DNA of 64,000 nt from Eledone cirrhosa (lineage: Eukaryota). Positions 60,050-64,000 of the stretch are shown in pieces. The stretch spans positions 14,446,001 to 14,510,000 of the forward strand of contig OZ024749.1 in the NCBI GenBank assembly GCA_964016885.1, given 5' to 3'. Numbering within the stretch: position 1 is the stretch's first letter; the number at the start of each line of letters is the position of its first letter. The notes below the pieces were generated by a model that saw only the letters and a list, made by a program, of their open reading frames with translations, searched no databases and was not told the origin of the DNA. Position numbers and translations under genes: made by a program.

Positions 60050-60615
60050 ATACATGTAAAGTTATATTTAAAATTGTTGGGTTACAACTAGTAAATATTT
60101 ATAACTGATATAAAAGCACTCGACAAATACTTGGAGTATATTTACAATATTAAATAAATGGAAAACTATATTTATAAAACCATATTTATTTCATTATATA
60201 TATTTCGGGGATATCATATTAACAATATGCTATGCCTTCATCAGACAAAATACAATATAAACAGTTTTATAGATAAATATATTCGACATACCGTAATAAA
60301 CATCAACTTCATTTGAAGAGGTTCACTCTAGCAGTGAAAATACAGAGAGAAAGAAAGAGAGAGAGAAAAGAGGGAAATAAGAAAGAAAGAAAGACGAAAC
60401 GAAGAAAAGGAAGAAAAAGAAGAAAAAGAAGAAATGCATGGGACAAAATAGAGAGATGGAAAAATAGATAAAGCGAAGAGCTTCATGTAAAGAGACCGAA
60501 AGAGATATATATATATATATAGAGAGAGGAAATAGAGATAGATACATATATAAATATAGATATAGAAAAATTAGGTAGTGGGAGGTCATTTTGAGTAAGT
60601 GTATCAATGATGCAT

Positions 60616-60650
<35 letters not shown>

Positions 60651-61286
60651 GCTCAAGTATTAATGTAAGGGAGATATAGAGAGATATAGAGAGATATAGA
60701 GAGATATAGAGAGATATAGAGAGAGAAAAATTTAAAAATAGCCAGACATATTCGAGGCGTAGAAAACCCTATGTTTTAATGTATTAGTATTTATAAAACT
60801 TACACTATATTGTAAATATCAGTATTCCTGAATGAAACAAGTATTCACAATGCGTGAAAATTCATTATCTTATGTTTAGTTTTTTAAAAAATTCATATGT
60901 CTATGTGAATCCAACTGATTCACTCCGCAAATTCAAAGTTACCGGAAAACATTCTCAATGTGGTATAAACATTTGAGCGTATTATTATTCTTGCGATTAC
61001 TCTACAAGATTATCTATCAAGCAGAAATAGAGAGCAGATTTCAATATACTAATCGAAAATATATATTATATTATAAGCAGAGATAACAATAATAATGATA
61101 ATAAGTAAAAATATATAAAAATATAAAAATATAGAATAGAAAACTAAAAAAGAATATTACGAAAGAATATTACATAATAAAAATATTGCATATTAAAAAT
61201 ACTATGTTTTAAAATTATTACGTATTAAAACTTTACATATAAAAATATTAAAAATAAAAATAAAATAAAATAAAAAATAAAAAATA
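60050..61286 (-). repeat. 5' pseudo-LTR, truncated at the inversion junction
   Basis: Direct repeat of 56082-57298; identity stops at ...aaaaaata (61286). Confidence 0.93.
60173..60271 (-). ncRNA. Type I hammerhead ribozyme in the 5' pLTR
   Basis: CTGATGA (plus-strand tcatcag at 60238-60244), stem II hairpin, GAAA, palindromic stem III, stem I tattttgt/atgaaata plus an 11-bp distal extension tataaaactgt/atggttttata. Predicted cleavage between 60195 and 60194. Confidence 0.8.
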
Positions 61287-61340
61287 TTGTTAATATGATA
61301 TCCCCATATGATATCCCCATATTGTTAATATGATATCCCC
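61284..61340 (+). repeat. Junction reiteration: 22+13+22 nt tandem copies of the ribozyme stem II 3' segment
   Basis: atattgttaatatgatatcccc (61284-61305), atatgatatcccc (61306-61318), atattgttaatatgatatcccc (61319-61340), then gaaa. Confidence 0.92.
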
Positions 61341-64000
61341 GAAATATATATAATGAAATAAATATGGTTTTATAAATATAGTTTTCCATTTATTTAATAT
61401 TGTAAATATACTCCAAGTATTTGTCGAGTGCTTTTATATCAGTTATAAATATTTACTAGTTGTAACCCAACAATTTTAAATATAACTTTACATGTATCTT
61501 GCTCCAATACTGTTGAGCGCTTTATATTATAACTGAAAAATGGAATTCTTTAAGATTACTTCCTCTCTAAAAGACATACCTCTACCTAGAAACAAAGACT
61601 TTGTAAAACAACTAATAGATAAATCTGACTCTTTTATAAGGAGAATCAGGTGGCGTGCATTCCACTTTGATAAATTTAATGCAGACGAAAATATCTCGGA
61701 CTTAAACAAAGTTTTCAAATCTAAAAGAAATCCACCCCCTAACAAACTTTTATCTGACTTTGAAAACGATATAATTTCTATCATACAAGGGGTCAAATTC
61801 AAGAGAAACTTTAAAGGCCAGGAATATCTGAAAGGCATTAAGGATAACATTGAGAGCTTAGAGAAAACTGAGAAGATCTTGGTGAAATCTGACAAGACCA
61901 ACAACCTCTATGGAGTGCAGAAAGACATGTATAATGGCCTCATACTGAAAGAGCTGAGGAAAAAATACAAGGTAGCAGATAAGACCGAACTTGTGAAAAT
62001 GAATGTTGAAGCATCTTGTATAATGCATGAGTTGGAAATTGAGAACAGAACACAACCTTTTGTGCCCAGGAAACCGAAGATCAATATGAAGGACCACAAG
62101 AGGAATTTTGAGATTGACCTGCCAGTTAGATTAATCGCACCTTCAAAATCGGACCTGGGCAAATTAAGCAAAAACATTCTTGACAGGGTGATACTGCAAA
62201 TTAAGAACTTGGATTATGTATCTAACCTGAGCTTGTGGAAGGGAACCGGAGAGGTTGTTGAGTGGTTTAGGCAAATTAAATATGACAATAATAATAGGTT
62301 TATTCAACTTGATATAGCTAACTATTATTCTTCTATTACCCCTAGTCTACTAAATAAGGCACTAAATTACGCACTCAAACATACGGACCTAACTAGCAAA
62401 GAAATGCATATTATATTATCGGCTAGGAAAACTTTGATAGAATTTGATGACAAATTATGGACCAGAGCAGATAGAGATAGCAATTTTGACATAACTATGG
62501 GATCTTCCGACTCAGCTCAAGTAACTGACCTTGTGGGCTTATTTTTAATCAATTCGCTACATAGGAAAATACCTGGTACTACCGGAGGTTTATATAGGGA
62601 TGACATGCTTTTACTCATTAATAATAATAACCCTGAACTAAATAGAAAATGTAAACAAATTACAAAATTTTTTAATTACTTTAACCTTAAAATAGAAATT
62701 GAGAACAACCATAGAATAGTCAATTTCCTAGATATAACATTAAATCTCAACACATGTCTCCACTATCCTTTTCACAAGTTGAATGAAAACTTAAACTATG
62801 TCAACTTTAACTCTAACCACCCCAGATCTGTCAAAAACACTATAGTAAACTCAGTCCAAAAGCGTATCTCTAGGATCTCGTCGAATAGAAAGATTTTTGA
62901 CGAAAAGGCCCAATACTATAATGATGCACTAGCTAGGGCAGGGTATGCTGATAAGATTGTGTACATAGATAATGATAAACAAACTAAACAAAGTAACAAC
63001 TTTTTTAATTATGGCAACAACATTAACAACTATAATAGAAAGCATTACAATAATTCCAAAGGACAAAAAAGAAATAGAACTAGGAACATAATTTGGTTTG
63101 CCCCCCCTTTCTCACTAAACATTAAAACCCACATCGCTAAATTATTTTTCAAAGCTCTTGATAATCGCTTCCCTAGAACACATAGGTACCACTCAATCTT
63201 CAATAGGCATACAATTAAATTAACCTATTCATCCACCAAAAATTTAGCACAAAATATTAATAGAATAAATAATAGGAACTTAAAAACTACTGATAATAGC
63301 ATAAATAATATACAAGTTAACAAATGCAACTGTAGAGATAGATCTAAATGTCCGTTAAATAACAACTGCTTAGTTAAAAATATAGTATACAATTGTAATG
63401 TTAATACTGACTCTAATTCTTTTAACTACGTCGGTTCCACATCGACGGAATTTAAACTTCGCTATAATAACCACAAGAATTCTTTCACAGATCCAAATAA
63501 AAAATCTTCAACGGCACTATCAGGTGTACTCTGGCAACTTAAGCTAGATAACGTTAGATATTCGACGGCTTGGAATATAGTCTCAAGAGGGATTCCTTTT
63601 AATTCATCCTCTGAGACATGTGACCTCTGCGCAGAGGAGATATTCTTTATACTAAAATCTAAAAATTCCCTTAACCTACGGACAAATTTATTCAGTTGTT
63701 GCAAACATAGATTAAACTCAACGTTTAAATATAAATTTAAATTTAAAATGTAGTATATTTAGTTTGATTTATATTTATATGAGAACTAGCCGATAAATCT
63801 TTTGATTCCTAAATCTTTGATTCCCTCTTTTTACTGTTTATTTTATTGTATTTATTTTTATTTTTATTTTTTATTTTTATTTTTATCTAAACATTCCTCA
63901 TGAAAAATTAAGCTACCCTAAAAGCCGATGCTCCAAATTTTATGAATTAACCTTACACTTGATAAACTTATATATTAAATATAGGAACATATGTAGACAT
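61318..64000 (+). mobile_element. Second, inverted copy of the same Penelope-like element; 5'-truncated inside the hammerhead; runs off the right edge
   Basis: Reverse complement of 57547-60229 (paired coordinates sum to 121547). Confidence 0.95.
61540..63753 (+). CDS. Penelope-like element RT plus GIY-YIG polyprotein, 737 aa, identical to 57794-60007
   Basis: Identical translation in the ORF track, with the same RT (YRDD) and GIY-YIG motifs. Confidence 0.95.
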   Translation: MEFFKITSSLKDIPLPRNKDFVKQLIDKSDSFIRRIRWRAFHFDKFNADENISDLNKVFKSKRNPPPNKLLSDFENDIISIIQGVKFKRNFKGQEYLKGIKDNIESLEKTEKILVKSDKTNNLYGVQKDMYNGLILKELRKKYKVADKTELVKMNVEASCIMHELEIENRTQPFVPRKPKINMKDHKRNFEIDLPVRLIAPSKSDLGKLSKNILDRVILQIKNLDYVSNLSLWKGTGEVVEWFRQIKYDNNNRFIQLDIANYYSSITPSLLNKALNYALKHTDLTSKEMHIILSARKTLIEFDDKLWTRADRDSNFDITMGSSDSAQVTDLVGLFLINSLHRKIPGTTGGLYRDDMLLLINNNNPELNRKCKQITKFFNYFNLKIEIENNHRIVNFLDITLNLNTCLHYPFHKLNENLNYVNFNSNHPRSVKNTIVNSVQKRISRISSNRKIFDEKAQYYNDALARAGYADKIVYIDNDKQTKQSNNFFNYGNNINNYNRKHYNNSKGQKRNRTRNIIWFAPPFSLNIKTHIAKLFFKALDNRFPRTHRYHSIFNRHTIKLTYSSTKNLAQNINRINNRNLKTTDNSINNIQVNKCNCRDRSKCPLNNNCLVKNIVYNCNVNTDSNSFNYVGSTSTEFKLRYNNHKNSFTDPNKKSSTALSGVLWQLKLDNVRYSTAWNIVSRGIPFNSSSETCDLCAEEIFFILKSKNSLNLRTNLFSCCKHRLNSTFKYKFKFKM

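Larger units (their letters stand above)
56082..61286 (-). mobile_element. Penelope-like retroelement (Naiad-like), partial-tandem pLTR-ORF-pLTR structure
   Basis: RT plus GIY-YIG ORF flanked by ~1.2-kb direct repeats (offset 3968/3988), each carrying a hammerhead motif. The 3' end abuts (TA)n at about 56055-56084. Confidence 0.93.

Noticed and set aside
56082-61286. LTR retrotransposon or DNA transposon with terminal inverted repeats
   Set aside because: No gag, protease, integrase or transposase, and no TG..CA ends or primer-binding site. RT plus GIY-YIG and hammerhead-bearing repeats identify a PLE.
57843-63704. Short antisense ORFs overlapping the PLE ORFs (79-125 aa) and the 94-aa F/L/S-rich pLTR ORFs
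   Set aside because: Shadow frames or low-complexity translations with no recognisable motifs; duplicated only because the element is duplicated.

Overview
This is eukaryotic, repeat-dominated DNA with no recognisable host gene. It is probably cephalopod (Octopus-like), inferred from a recalled SINE motif and the microsatellite landscape. Bases 1-36757 are a 27-bp satellite (about 1360 units) with nested higher-order duplications; its giant ORFs are by-products of a stop-free 27-mer. About 36.9-50.6 kb is a G-rich 79-bp satellite (about 170 units). 50.6-56.1 kb is a mosaic of micro- and minisatellites with a SINE fragment and a diverged solo Penelope pseudo-LTR carrying a hammerhead motif. 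56.1-64 kb holds a young Penelope-like retroelement (Naiad-type RT plus GIY-YIG, 737 aa) present as two identical intact ORFs in head-to-head inverted orientation, with hammerhead ribozymes in its pseudo-LTRs. The most unusual signals are three short reiterated copies of the ribozyme stem II at the inversion junction, and hairpin-improving variants in both satellites. I cannot claim a demonstrated new system from sequence alone.
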